Positions 37,335 through 51,361 of a stretch of 64,000 nt of DNA are shown here, piece by piece; positions within the stretch are counted from its first letter, which is position 1, and every line of letters begins with the position of its first letter. The notes below the pieces were generated by a model. It ran no database searches, had not been told where the DNA came from, and saw only the letters and a program-made list of their open reading frames with translations. Where the stretch lies: positions 197,904,001 through 197,968,000 of the forward strand of contig NC_042998.1 in the NCBI RefSeq assembly GCF_006345805.1, given 5' to 3'. The stretch is from Octopus sinensis (Eukaryota). A program made the translations under genes and the position numbers.

Positions 37335-37666
37335 CACGCCGCTGCTGTCCATTCAGCTGGTGAAAATAAGTAATTCTGCGATGGACTGATGTCTCGTTCG
37401 GGGATTAGAATTTATATGTCATAAAATCCGGGAAACTGGTTTTATGAGCATCTGGCTCGGAAAAAAAACTTTGATCATTCCGAATTATGCAATATACGAG
37501 CTAACTTAGGAAAACTTATCTGGCTGCTCGAACTGTTACCCCTTTGAGGTTCTCTAGTTAGAAGTAACTCTTCACTCAAATGGCATCCTACTACCTTGAA
37601 TTAGGGAAGAGTAATTAGGCAACGTAATTACTCTTAATATGCAAAACGATAGGATGGTCGATAATA

Positions 37667-38227
37667 TTGGGTTGTCCGGAAAGTTCGTGCCGATTTTTAA
37701 AGGAAAGAAAAAGGTCAATAAATACTTGCCATTACATTTTTAATCAACCAAATATGAACCACTTTGTTGCACAATGCGTCTCCATCGTTCCTTTAACTTG
37801 AAAATACCCTCTTCTCAGAATTGTGGTTTCATGGCAAAGAATTCATCAAGGTATCTTTTTACGTCATCCAAGGAATTGAAATTTTTACCATTAAGACTAT
37901 TCTGCAGAGACCTGAATAAGTGGAAATCCGAAGGAGCAATATCTGGTGAATATAGAGGGTGAGGTAACACATCCCAGCCGAGCTGCAGCAATTTTTGTTT
38001 GGTTCCCAAAGCATCAAGTGCCGAAAATGAACTTTCTTATCTTTCATTTTAAAAGGTTACAGAATTAACAAAGCTAATAGGAACATAAACCTTCTTCCAC
38101 GAAAAGATAGCTTTAACTGTGCTAAAAATGGGGGTGTAGTCAAATCCTATTTCATGGACTCAACCGGTTTTAAATAAGTCAAAAAGTAGGCTACTATAAA
38201 TCGGCATGAACTTTTCGGACAACCCAA
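37667..38227 (-). mobile_element. Mariner internal-deletion derivative (sister of 31846-32410)
   Basis: Same TIR, TA TSD, KLLQLGWDVLPHPLYSPDIAPSDFHLF. Confidence 0.92.
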
Positions 38228-38311
38228 TAGAACAGTTTGCATAATAATGCTCAATCAGGTATGCCCTGGAGCGAAACAGCAGTATATACTAATTAATACT
38301 ATTTTGCTGGT

Positions 38312-38536
38312 GGTAAGACAGCGATCTGGCAGAATCGTTACCGCACCCGGCAAAACGTTTAGCGGCATTTCGTCCATCCTTACGTTCTCAGTTGAAATTC
38401 CTCCGAAATTCTCTTTAACTTTCATACTTTGGTGGGCGGGGCGTCATAAAATAAGTACCAGTTGAGCAGTGGGGTCAATTTAATTGACTTACACTGGCCC
38501 CCGAAGTTGATGACCTTGTGTCAAAATTTGAAACCA
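38312..38536 (+). mobile_element. Older diverged SINE B-like copy
   Basis: tggcagaatcgtta...ttagcggcatttcgtc...aaataagtaccagttgagcagtggggtcaat. Confidence 0.7.
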
Positions 38537-39408
38537 ATTATTTTACTAGTGTATATTTTATCCTACCAGAAGAATACTGGATATGTGTAACACTCGAGAG
38601 CGGAACAACAAATTGTAGGGGTTTATAATCAATCCGCATCACTTTACACTCTAGTCCGGTATCAAGAAGTAATTTCATTGAGGTAAAGCCGCAATATTTC
38701 AAGGAGAAGTGAAGGAGATGTAGAAAGAAAATTCAAATAATTGTTATCATTAAAAATATCATTAAATATTTTCCAGTGACCAGTCACAGAGGAAGATCAA
38801 TCGATTAAACTTTAGGCTTTAGATCTCGAGATATCTTTTCAGCTGCTGAAACTATACGGGCGCAAATTATGGCAATGTGATCAGAAAGTTCGTTTCACAA
38901 ACACGTGGTTTCGGGTTCAATCCCACAATGCGACAATTTGCAACTTGAGCAAGTACCTTCTGCCATAGCTTCGAGTTAACCAATACCTTGATGAAAATTA
39001 TGCGGAGGAACTACACACACAAGCACGCGCGAGCACACATACGCACACACACATGTCTGTGTGTGTGTTTGTATGTTTGTGTGCGCATTAATGTTAAGAT
39101 TGTTGAAGTATTATTTGTGTGTTTCTATTATATCATTCTATTCGTTTTATTCTTCTCCTAGATCATTTTCTTTCGTACCAAAATTTCTAATTTCAGTCTT
39201 TTGCTAAGAACTTTACCAGTTTCGTTTATCAAAAAAGCCTAATGCGTTTTTCCCAAATAAAGGGCACTTCATATTCAAGGCTCCGGATGAAGCTATGGGA
39301 TGTTATTCGGGTACTCAAATAAGAGTCCACCGCATCTTATAGCTGATACAGCTGTAAGCTAATGCAGTTCATATCATAACGTTTTTCTCCAGTGTCATCT
39401 TTTTTTCT

Positions 39409-39449
<41 letters not shown>

Positions 39450-39540
39450 AACATAAATTGAAAACAGAATATATATGTATATAGTATATATATATATATA
39501 TATATATATCAAACAAATTGAAAACAGAAATATATATGTA

Positions 39541-39593
<53 letters not shown>

Positions 39594-40454
39594 TATATAT
39601 ATCTATATATATATATATATATAGGTATAAAATTATATATAAGAAACAAGAACGTGAAATACACAAAGGGACGAACACAGAAAACAGACGGGTCATTCGA
39701 AGCCTTTAATCTTCAGTCAGAAACCGGATCATCATAGCAAATTTCGGCTGTTTAATTCTGATATTTGCTCCAACGCGCCAGCCCCAAGGAAAAACTAAGC
39801 TGTGAGCATTAGATTTCATGGAAAAAGGAACGAATGTAAACGCAACAAGGACGAATATAATTACAAAAAACGAAAACAAAAATAAAAATAAAAACAAGAA
39901 TGGTAATAACAGGATAACAGCAGGTGTCTTACGACTTTAGACAAATTGAGACAAATTTAACTTATCTAGCAGGTGTGTTTGGAAAAAATTGCCTTTCCGG
40001 CAGAGGGGGAACGATGTTGAGCGAGCTGCGGTCACCAACGAAATGGCTTGTTAAGCAGCAGGTCACCAACGAAATGGCTTGTTAAGCAGCAGGTCACAAG
40101 AGGGTAGAGAGAGAGAAAGAGAGACAGAGAGAGAAGGAATTAAAGAGGGTGGAAGACAGAGGGCGCCAAGGATTGACCAGGTCACGTGAGAGTAAGAGAG
40201 AGAGAGAAAGAAGGAATTAAAGAGGATGGAAGGAAGAGGGGGAAGAGACAGAGAGCGCCAAAATGGCTTTGCAAAGAAGCAATGGCGCATTATAGAGAAG
40301 GCGAGAAAGGGAAAGACAGAAGTGAGGTATAGAGAAAGTATTTAGAAGTCGTACAAATGGATAAAATGTAAACATACATAAGGGAACCGACGTGTACGTA
40401 CATATGTATATATACATATATATATATAGTATACGTTATGTGTATATGAATATA

Positions 40455-40502
<48 letters not shown>

Positions 40503-40912
40503 AATATACCTATATATATTCATATACACATAACGTATACATATATATATGTATATATACATATATATGTATATATACATATGTACGTACACCTCGTTCC
40601 CTTATGTGTGTCTGTGTGTGTGTAAAGTAATGCCCGCTTCTGTCGTTTCATTCACTTTGCACTTGTAAAGGCTTTTCTTAAAACAGATTTCCGTGAGTAA
40701 CAGGAAAGATATGTACAGTGCTTATAAAGAGACAAGCAGATATATCTGGTTTCATGTTAAGTAAAGTAGGAAAATATTCTTGTGTCTTAACAATTTTTCA
40801 AGCCGATCACATGGAGCAAGGTGTTCGCCTCCATTTTGGAAAACACAAAGAAATTATATCCACCAATGCGTTGTTGTGAACACTTATTTCCATCGTTCAA
40901 CTTTTACATGTG

Positions 40913-40943
<31 letters not shown>

Positions 40944-41047
40944 AAATTTAAATTTAAAATGAGGATGAGAAATTAGATATTAACTTAATTAACATCGATT
41001 TCACACCAGTGGTCTACATTATAAAAAAACTGAAGGTTCAGTAAAAT

Positions 41048-41259
41048 TGTATTATATACATATTAGAGAGAAACCACTATGTGGACACCCTTATGCTAGA
41101 ATAGATCCGCTATGGTCTTACCACTAAGAAAAGTTCTCAAGAAAAATTTAGCAAAACAACCAAATGTTCCTTGAGAACATTTCTTAGTGGTAAGACCATA
41201 GCGGATCTATTTCTAGCATAAGGGTGTCCACACAGTGGTTTCCCTCTAATATGTATATA

Positions 41260-41264
<5 letters not shown>
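41048..41264. repeat. 94-bp-arm fold-back palindrome next to (TA)n
   Basis: 41048-41141 vs 41170-41264, about 4 differences, 28-nt spacer. Confidence 0.92.
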
Positions 41265-41311
<47 letters not shown>

Positions 41312-42430
41312 GCAACGAACGACGCTTTTATTCACTTCTTGCAATACAAAATGATTGACGCCGACCAGTTGCTCGGAATTCATTGTAGTTCCTATCCAAC
41401 AAGGAATATGGAATGAAGCGCACTCGATCAGTGTGACCAGGGATGCTGGTGTCAGAGCTAACTAATCTCTACATATGCCAAGCTGCTAAGTCACTGACTT
41501 GACATGAATAATGCGATAAGCAACCATTCCTTCGACGATCAAATGGGTAGCATTGTACATGGAATCGTTTCAGCTTCTGAAAACGGGAACAAAACTGTCT
41601 TCGTTTAGGACAGCCCATTGCTTACTTAAAACCTATATTACAAACTTTTCAAGACCGTGCATCGCCACCTCGTACAAATGCTCCGTAGCTTTTATATCTC
41701 AGTTGCTGTTATTCCGTAATTACTTTTCATTGCACGCTACCTCTCTTAGTGAGTGTCTTGGTAAGCCGTTCATGTACACTGTCTCCAATTTTTTCATCAG
41801 TCGAAATGTAGCTAAAAAAACCAAACTTGGTGTTTACTTGGAATTGAATATAACGCCCTCAACTCATCATGGACTTTCGATGACTGAACTGTAGCTTTGC
41901 TACTAAGTGTTTGTCTCCGCTATCCGGTTCTATCGTACGGTTTTCCGCCCCACGTTTCTAAGATCATGCATCTCAATTCAGACAATTCAATCTTTGTGTT
42001 TCACATCGAAAAATGGGCGACACGTATATTGCGGTGTCTTCCTTAACAACATTTAAACCGTTAATAAATTCTCCTTCTATTCTCTTGTTGTTTATAGCAA
42101 CGTAATCATTTTTATTGGAATAAGTCTGGAGAAGGAAGGATATGAAGATTTGTAAGTTGGTGGCTTCAAGAAGAACATATACCAATGAAGGAATTCCGGA
42201 GCGCTGACCTTTTCGGTGGGGAAGTGCGCTAGTGCGAAACCTGAATAGTTTGCAAGACATGGGCGGCGAAATGACGAGAGATAAGTCAGCAGTGATTTGG
42301 TAATGACCGAACTGGAAACTCGTGTAGTGGCCGAGGTAGACATAGGCACTAATGTTGGGCTTTCAATCTTTTCAAAGTTCCAAAGATCTCAATCGCTGAA
42401 AGCGAAATGATCGAGGGCGATGCTACAGTG

Positions 42431-42465
<35 letters not shown>

Positions 42466-42554
42466 CTGCATATAGGTCTACCGATTAGGGTAAATATATT
42501 TCTAACATCTGCGGTACCATAAAACATCTAGAATTTATAGATAGTCGGCAAATC

Positions 42555-43097
42555 GGTACTACTAGCGAACAGTGGTCCCGGTGCGCGCACTCGCGTAGTC
42601 GCGCATCCGCGCTAGCTAGTCGTGACTAGTCGATCCTACAACGACTGCCTAGCAAAGTAAATCAAACACAAAATAAATAATTTGTGTTAAACAAAGTAAA
42701 TAAAACACAAAAACACAAAGTAAATAATTTTTTTAAGCAAAGTAAATAATATACAAAAACAAAAAGTAAGGATCGACTAGTCACGACTAGCTAGCGCGGA
42801 TGCGCGAGTACGCGAGTGCGCGCACCGGGACCACTGTTCTCAAGTAGTACCTATTTCTTTATTACCCACAAGGGGCTAAAGACAGAGGGGACAAACAAGG
42901 ACAGACATAGGTATTAGGTCGATTACATCGACCCCAGTACGTAACTGGTACTTAATTTATCGACCCCGAAAGGATGAAAGGCAAAGTCGACCTCGGCGGA
43001 ATTTGAACTCAGAACGTAACGACAGACGAAATACGGCTACGCATTTCGTCCGGCGTGCTAACGTTTCTGCCAGCTCGCCGCCTTCTCAAGTAGTACC
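42555..43097. mobile_element. Merlin-like MITE (83-bp CpG-rich TIRs starting GG, 8-bp TSD)
   Basis: TIRs 42555-42637/42769-42851 (80 of 83 identical); TSD ggcaaatc at 42547-54 and 43098-105 once the nested SINE is removed. Confidence 0.75.
42852..43082 (-). mobile_element. SINE family B nested in the MITE TIR
   Basis: 15-bp TSD ttctcaagtagtacc at 42837-42851 and 43083-43097. Confidence 0.93.
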
Positions 43098-43902
43098 GGC
43101 AAATCAAATTTCTCAGGGAGAAATCTCAACACGAAACTGCCACGTGCTCAGTGGTAGAGTTAATAAAAAAGAACAAAAAAAAAAGAAGGTATCGATAATT
43201 GGAAACTGAAAAGGCAGCAATGTCCCGGATATTAATCTAGTGACTCCGTCACATTTCTTGTCTTTTATCGTCTATAATTAAACCGCACCATATCATTTGA
43301 TTGAAAAATATAAAACCGAAATAATAATGATTAATAATCAACAAATAATATATTAAAAAAAAGAAACAAAGTTTTCACTGATTTTTTCCCATTCTTAGCA
43401 AATATTGAAATCTCATTGAATATTTTCTTGTAAAAGCGCGGCATTGGATGCACAAAATCAATGAAATAAAAACTCGATCGTCTTTCTTCAATTCAGTACA
43501 ATATGGTGAATACAAAATGGACGCTCGGAAGCTATAGCGCCTTCTAATAGCGCCAGAGTGTTTGATGGTTCGCTTTAGATTGTTCAAAATTATCTAGAAA
43601 ATCGTCTGTTTTTATAATCATATTTTCTAGCATAAATTACAATCTTAATTTGGATTGACTGTTCCGAAAATTGCTACAAGCTATAATTGTATTTTTATTT
43701 TGTTCTTATAATAAATTTGAAAATAAATTTCTGCAAATTTTCTTTCTGATTCAATTAATGTCTGTTAAAGACGTATTAATGAGGATGGCATTCAAACGGG
43801 AGGTGAATTTCTGAAAATGATGTGTGTTCCACCTCTCACTTTTCCTGCCTGCCTTCCGTCTCTCTCTCTCTCTCTCTCACTATTGTTCTTTCTGTATGTG
43901 TA

Positions 43903-44068
43903 TATACATACATACATACATACATACATACATACATACATACATACATAAATACATACATACATACATACATACATACATACATAGATAGATATATACA
44001 TACATAGCTACATATATACATACATACATACATACATACATACATACATACATACATACATACATAAA

Positions 44069-44102
<34 letters not shown>

Positions 44103-44548
44103 CATACATAGCTACATACATACATACATACATACATACATACATACATACATACATACATAGATACATACATACATACATACATACATACATAGATATA
44201 TACATACATAAATACATACATACATACATACATAGATATATACATACATAGCTACATACATACATAGCTACATACATACATACATACATACATACATACA
44301 TACATACATACATACATACATACATACAAATACATAAATACATACATACATACATACATACATACATACATACATAGATATATACATACTAGCTACATAC
44401 ATACATAATACACATACATACATAACAATACATACATACATACATAAATACATACATACATACATACATACATAGATATATACATACATAGCTACATACA
44501 TACATACATACATACATACATACATACATACATACATACATAAATACA

Positions 44549-44582
<34 letters not shown>

Positions 44583-45430
44583 CATACATAGCTACATACA
44601 TACATACATACATACATACATACATACATACATACATAAATACATACATACATACATACATACATACATACATACATACATACATACATGCATATATACA
44701 TACATACATACATACATACATACATAGATACATACATACATAGATACATACATACATAGATACATACATACATAGCTACATACATACATACAACAACACA
44801 GACATACATACATATATACATACATACATACATACATACATACATACATACATCCATACATACATACACACACATACATACATACATACATACATGCATA
44901 CATACATACATACATACATACATACATACATACATACATACATACATACATACATACACACACACATACATACATACAACATGCATACATACATACAACA
45001 TACATACATACATACATACATACATGCATCCATACATACTACATACATACATACATACATCCATACACACCACATACATACATACATACATACATGCATA
45101 CATACATACATACATACATACATACACACACATCATACATCAACATACATCATGCATAATACATACATACATACATACATCCATACATAACATACATACA
45201 TACATACATACATACATACATACATACATAAATACATACATACATACATACATACATACATACATACATACATACATAAATACATACATACATACTACAT
45301 ACTACATACATAATACAATACATACATACATACATACATGCATGCATACATACATACATACATACATAGATATATATATACATAGCTACATACATACATA
45401 CATACATACAGACATACATACATAGATACA
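43903..45430. repeat. (TACA)n array, about 1.5 kb, with variant units
   Basis: Direct reading; recurrent tagctaca and taaata variants. Confidence 0.95.
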
Positions 45431-45449
45431 TGTGTTTATATATATATAG

Positions 45450-45481
<32 letters not shown>

Positions 45482-45753
45482 GCGTGTGTGTGTGTGTGTG
45501 TGTGTGTACGTGTGTGTGCGTGCGTGCGTGTGTGTGTGCACGTATGTATTTGCGTGCGTGCGTGCTTCATGTTTTAATTGTCTCTCTGGTTTCATGCCTT
45601 CCATTTCGTACGATCGTGTATGTTTACATACATACATAAGTATATGCATATATATATAATATATATTATATATTATATATATATAGGAGGTGTTTATAAG
45701 CCATTTAAGAAACACAGAAAAACCGTTAGATTCACTTCAACATTTAAATTTAA

Positions 45754-45804
45754 TTTGTCAAAATATTTTCGTCGCTTTGTGATTGCGACCTGTTCACTGA
45801 CAAA
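45754..45804 (-). ncRNA. Minimal type I hammerhead motif with G3:C8 core swap
   Basis: tttgtca-GUGAACA-G-gtcgc(aatcacaaa)gcgac-GAAA-atatU-U-tgacaaa; stem I 7/7, stem II 5/5, palindromic stem III AAUAUU. Confidence 0.62.
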
Positions 45805-45857
45805 ATTCCGTGCAGCACGGATCAGGTCAGTTGCTATGCAACTACATCTCCGCAATA

Positions 45858-45888
<31 letters not shown>

Positions 45889-45922
45889 GATATATATATA
45901 TATATATGTATGTATATACATA

Positions 45923-47130
45923 TTGGGTCATCCCATAGATAATGCGTTTTTTTTTTAATTGAAAAAACTAAATGTCGGAGGAGGACGTTATAAACTATTT
46001 ACATCAACTTGTTATAAAAGCAGGTAGTAATTTTACCTTGTACTTATTTTGAACAGTTCAGTTCGATTTTAACAATTATTGTTTCAAAACTAAAATAGAA
46101 GTGTCAAAAGAGCATAATCGACATATTTTGCTTCATGAGTTCAATAAAGGCAACAACGCAACGGAAAGCGCGTGGCATTTTAATGCAGTATATGGGGGGG
46201 CCGGACAATAGGCGTAAGCCAGTGTCAACGGTGGTTCCAGAAATTCCGAGTCGGAAACTACAGCCTAGAAGATGAGTCTCGTCTTGGAAGATCTCTAGAC
46301 CTCGATGAGGACGTCCTGCAAACTCTGGTGGAGCAAAATCCCATCGTAACTGTTAAGGAACTGGCAGAGATGTTTGGTCATTCAATCAGTCATCGACACC
46401 TGCGTGCCACCGGAAGAGTCAGCAAATTGGGTCGATGGGTTCCTCACAGACTTTCCGAGTCTAATGGCGCGCAGAGAGTTAATGAGTGCTCTTCTTTGCT
46501 GTCACGTCTCACGAATGAACCTTTTTTGGGCCCGAATAACTGTGACAAGAAATGGGTTCTCCATAAAACTGTCAAGCGCCGAAGACAGTGGGTAGAGAAA
46601 TGAGAAACACTGGCACCCCATGCTAAAGAAGATCTTCACCCACGTAAAGTGTTGCTATCTGTTTGATGTGTTATGAAAAGATTAGTCCACTTTGAAATTT
46701 TAAACACAAACAAAACAATAACAAAGAAGATCTACAGCCAGCAGCTTGAGCGTCTTAAGCCAGCGCTAGAAGAAAAACGACCATCTTTTAGTTTCAAAAC
46801 GAAAGGTGTTCTTCCATCAGGATCATGCTCCGCCACATACAGAGAGGATGACATCCCAAAGGCTGGAGCAGTTGCGATGGGTAACGATGCCCCACCTACC
46901 ATATTCGCCGGACATTGCCCCATCTGATAACCATTTATTCTGCGGTCTTCAAAATCATTAGGCCGGAAAAAAATTTGAATTCTGTAGACGAGGTGAGAAG
47001 AGTACTGGAGGAGTATTTCTCGCCAGGGACAAGTGAATTTTGGAAGAGGACCTTTGCAAGTTTACCAGATAGATGAAAGAGCATTATAGAAAATAAAAGA
47101 GAGTATATTTTAGATTAAAAAAGAAGTTTG
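45923..47130 (+). mobile_element. Mariner (DD34D) near full-length, decayed
   Basis: TA+ttgggtcatccc left end; SKLGRWVPHRL, FHQDHAPPH and YSPDIAPSD motifs; stops and frameshifts; right TIR not seen. Confidence 0.9.
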
Positions 47131-47144
47131 TTTATGTGAATTTT

Positions 47145-47146
<2 letters not shown>

Positions 47147-47220
<74 letters not shown>
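47147..47220. repeat. (GATA)n
   Basis: Direct reading. Confidence 0.95.
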
Positions 47221-47329
47221 TGCCTGTCTATACTATTGTTTGAGTGTATTATGCTTCTATATATGTGTTTATATATCTCCGTTTGGGGCTGTGTATATCT
47301 ATGTATGCCTATGTAAATAACCTTTTGTA

Positions 47330-47445
47330 TAGACCATCTGAAAGGTTTCCACGCAGTTTAAATTTATTGGCAGAAAATGAGAATGTTCTAAGAAGAATGA
47401 AATGGAAGGCGTATTTCATAGAAAAGGTCATTAACAGCGAATCAT
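47330..47445 (+). mobile_element. Penelope-like (Neptune-type) N-terminal ORF remnant
   Basis: ENENVLRRMKWKAYFIEK resembles the conserved RMRWKAxFF motif; short. Confidence 0.45.
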
Positions 47446-47544
47446 CACCTCTCGTGTGTCCATCGTGCTCTACTTTTATATATTAGTGGCCCACATGACG
47501 TCACGTTCAGTAACATTTACTCATAGGCAATTATTTAAAAATAG

Positions 47545-48130
47545 TCTCTGCAGTAAATTTAAGTGGAGTTAATGGTGGAATTTCGGTATTTTTATCCGTA
47601 TCCTCAGTTTGCGCCCTGCCCTAACAGCATCAACTCCTTTTTAGATAAAGTTCTGTATGGGACACCAGCTACTCAACTACATAATCTATGTGTTCTTCAA
47701 GCCCTTCACCATATGCAAGTGTAACAATATCTATGCATTTAATGTAGGTTTTTGCTTGAGGAAAACTTGTAAAGTTATGGGTACAGTCAGGCCGAATATT
47801 TTTCTGAGCTCTATTCAAAGTTGGGGATTACGCCTCATCCCAGGATCCAGCTATACTATCCACAGCATCTTTTATGTTGAACTTCTTCAAGAAGCTTCTA
47901 ACTCCTTGTTTATCCTCCCTGTCAGTTGCTTTCATAAGTTGTTAGAAAGTTTTTGGATAATATGCCTTGATGTTAGCTATCACTGCTTTCAGTTCTAACC
48001 GATGGCTTTTTTTTCAACAACTTGAATTGCAGGTAAATCCGAAAGCGGCGGCAATTAACAGTTACCTACAGCAAATATGAACCCAAAAGACATCAGGGAA
48101 CAACTCCTTTGTAAGAGTAAAGAATTATAA
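47545..48130 (-). mobile_element. Tigger/pogo transposase C-terminal remnant
   Basis: VIANIKAYYPKTF...VRSFLKKFNIKDAVDSIAGSWDE. Confidence 0.7.
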
Positions 48131-48811
48131 TTTTATTTGTCTTATTCCAATGTATATAAGAATGGAAATGAGATGAAAGAGTGAAGGAAGTACTACAGGT
48201 GGGAGGAAGTACTACACGATTACAGTTAGTTGAAAGGTAACCAGGTCCATGAGCACTTCGAACCTTGGACATCTAACTCAAGACATGAAAACTCTACACT
48301 GTACTCATACACTCACTCAATCTTACACATACACGCACTCTGCTGTGTTGACATACAACATGCGTAGCAACAGTCATTCCTATTATGCTGTGTTGTCGTT
48401 ACTAGTTGGTTACTCAGAAGTTGGTGCGTTGGTAATGGTGATTGCGTTATTTATATTGCCTTTAATATTGCCTATAATGGTGTTCGTGGGGTGTGTTATT
48501 GGTGATGGGAATATTACAATTGTCAATTGTATTGTTGATGCTGTTTAATCTCAAGTCAATCCTCATTGATCAAAGACCTTTCATTCAACTCATAAAATAC
48601 ACAAGGGCACATCATTATCTCCTGATTGCCTTATATTTTAGATTGAGATGCTTATCTTGTTCATACTATTGTTGCTGTTGTTAGTCTTTAAGTGAATGAT
48701 GGATTGTTAATGACGGTGGTTGTTTTGGTTTTCGTGTTGATGATAATTGTGCAATTGTTTATGATAGATATTGGCGGTGGAGTTGAAGGTTGATTTGTAT
48801 AAATGCATACT

Positions 48812-48978
48812 TATCTATCTGTCTCCTTATTTATCTGTCTGTCCGTCTGGCTGTCTGTCTGTCTATCTATTTATCTATCTATCTCTATCTATCTGTTTGT
48901 ATGTCTATCTATCTATCTACCTATCTATCTATCAATCCATCTATCTATCTATCTATCTTTATCTATCAATCTGTTTGC

Positions 48979-49039
<61 letters not shown>

Positions 49040-49085
49040 AATTTATCTGTTTGTTTGTCTGTCTATCTCTCTATCTATCTATCTA
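48812..49085. repeat. (TATC)n
   Basis: Direct reading; explains the N-terminus of ORF 48771-49574. Confidence 0.95.
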
Positions 49086-50690
49086 TGTGAAGCCTTTCAA
49101 CGGCACTTCGCCCGACTGTTCGAGACAACTGGTGGATCAGGACGTAGAGTATACTTTAGCGCTTACCTGCATGTCCTACCACGACTCTCGGCAAGAGAGG
49201 CAGAGTGTTACGAAAGACCCATCACAACCACAGACGTACGGGATGTGACAGCCGGCTGCGCAGGAGACATGTCACCAGGCTTGGACGGTTTGCCCTACGA
49301 GTTTTATTGTCATGTGCCAGACTGGCAGGAAAACGAGAGTATCCCTAGTTTTGTGAGCCAAGGAGCGGTGATACTTCTTAAGAAAGATCCAAGAAAGGGG
49401 AACGTCATGAATTACTTCAGGCTCGACGCATATTTGAAGAGTTTGGCTAAGGTGCTGACCGAAAGGTTGGCGCTTGTCATCGAGAAACTGGTCGACAAGA
49501 CGCAAACATGCACCGTGCCGAGCAGGAGTATCCATGAAAACTTCCATCTGATGCGCTACATCATAGAAGGGTAGTTAAGGAACCTGCATGGGTGGAGTGC
49601 TGATCAAATTAGATCAATCGAAAGCTTTCGATAGGGTCGACCAACGTGACTTAGAGGCTGTCTTTAGAGTGGCTGGTTTCTGTCCCGTCTTCCGCGGTTG
49701 GATCGCTGCCTTATGCAGCGGCATCCGCTCGGTAGTTCGCGTAAATGGTCATCTATCCAGACGATTTAACATCACGCATTCGGTTCGTCAAGGACGCCCC
49801 CTCTTGTCGCTTCTGTACGTATTGTCTCTAGAACCACTACAACGGAAGCTGGCTACACTGAGAGGCATCCAGCGAGAACTGGGATGCAGGAGGAGCGCAT
49901 CTGCATACGCGGACGACGTCACTGTCAGAGTGTTGAGCCACAGGCATATCGACCTGATCGGCGAGACACCAAAAGGATACGAAGCTGTAACGGGAGCAAC
50001 AGTTAACTCGGTAAAGTCAGTGGGCATGCGGCTCGACACCTGGAGAAGTAAACCCATGCCATCCCATGTCTCCATCGTGGGACACTGGACCGACGGACAG
50101 GTTAAATTTCTCGGGGTCTGGTTCGGATTAGACCTCCAAATGGAGAAGATCTGGGACGAGATAACGAGTAGGATGGCCACTCTCACCCAGCAAACAGAGA
50201 CCGAGGCTAGGCGAATGGCGCCCCGAGTGCCGCCTTACTCTCGAGTAACTCTGCCAAACTTGTGCGACATCAATTCCACGAAAGTGTTCTATAGAGGATT
50301 AGTGAAGGGGAGGTGCGACGACGTTCTTGGGGAGAATCTGGGCGTCGACGGGGAACACCTGACCCGCCTCTTCAGGACTACTTTCGGGCTGGGACCTATG
50401 GACAATCAACAGAGATCTCTGGCCTGGCAGTGCTATTGGGAAGCATTGCCCGTTCGGTACAAGCTCTACGTTTCGAGAAACCGTTCTGCTTATACTCGTG
50501 CGGTGTCCAACAATTTCAGACCTATGTGCTTACGTCGAACGGCTGCTGTCACGTGTGGGACGAATTCGGTTATCGGCTGAGTCTATCGTGAATATTGCCC
50601 CGCCACCTTCCTTTAACCGGCAAGGCAAGGCAGTTTTCATTGTACTGGTGGCTATGGTGAAAGAATGTGTGGCGGACTCGCTGTGATTTT
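49086..50690 (+). mobile_element. L1/Tx1-clade LINE ORF2 (RT) fragment with internal deletions
   Basis: SPGLDGLPYEFY, KLDQSKAFDRV, SVRQG.PL, SAYADDVTV and KFLGVWFG motifs. Confidence 0.92.
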
Positions 50691-50713
50691 AAAAGTATTT
50701 GCTCTTATATATT

Positions 50714-51111
50714 ACTAGCAGTATCGCCCGGCGTTGCTCGGGTTTGTAAGGGAAATAACTATATAAGCATTTTTAGAGAGTTATAGCCAAAAAAAAAACG
50801 CAAAAATGCATTAAAAATGGAAAAAAATGATGGTAAATTTTTTTTAAATCGTTTACTCATCGTAGACATTTTTAGAGAGTTACTTCCCTTATATAATAGC
50901 GAAAAAATGCATTAATATGGAAAAAAATGATGGTAATTTTTTTTTAAATCGTAGACTCATCGTAGACGCGCGCTAATACCCAGAAGGGCTCGATATGAAT
51001 CACGACTATAAGATACCCGGTTTTGGTTAAACTGCACCGCAAAATGTGGGAGTAGTTAGGAATCTAAATCGTAGGAGACAGACACACAACCTTACTTTTA
51101 TATATAAAGAT
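50714..51111 (+). mobile_element. Helitron/HINE-like element with about 100-bp internal duplication
   Basis: Sister of 31109-31507; ends cttacttttatatataaagat. Confidence 0.75.
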
Positions 51112-51361
51112 ATGATTCTAATAATCTTACTGTTCAATATTATATATTATTAAAATTGTAGATTAGTTTTTGTCTGGTATATGTCTCACAGCATGGTTTT
51201 GGACAGGTTCTTTATTGACTGAGTTGTGGAATGGTGTTCGTCTCTAAATTAGTTATATACTATATTATTATAATTTATTTACGAAATTCGGTATAATATT
51301 ATTATGCTGAATTTTGCTGTAAGGTTGGAATAATAATTTATTCCCTATTATTATTATTATT

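Noticed and set aside
39685-39725. Hammerhead-like CUGAAGA...GAAU on the minus strand (similar weak cases about 660, 39310, 41000, 37000)
   Set aside because: Stems I and II do not pair or the core is incomplete
40030-40097. 31-bp tandem duplication
   Set aside because: Ordinary local slippage inside a repeat
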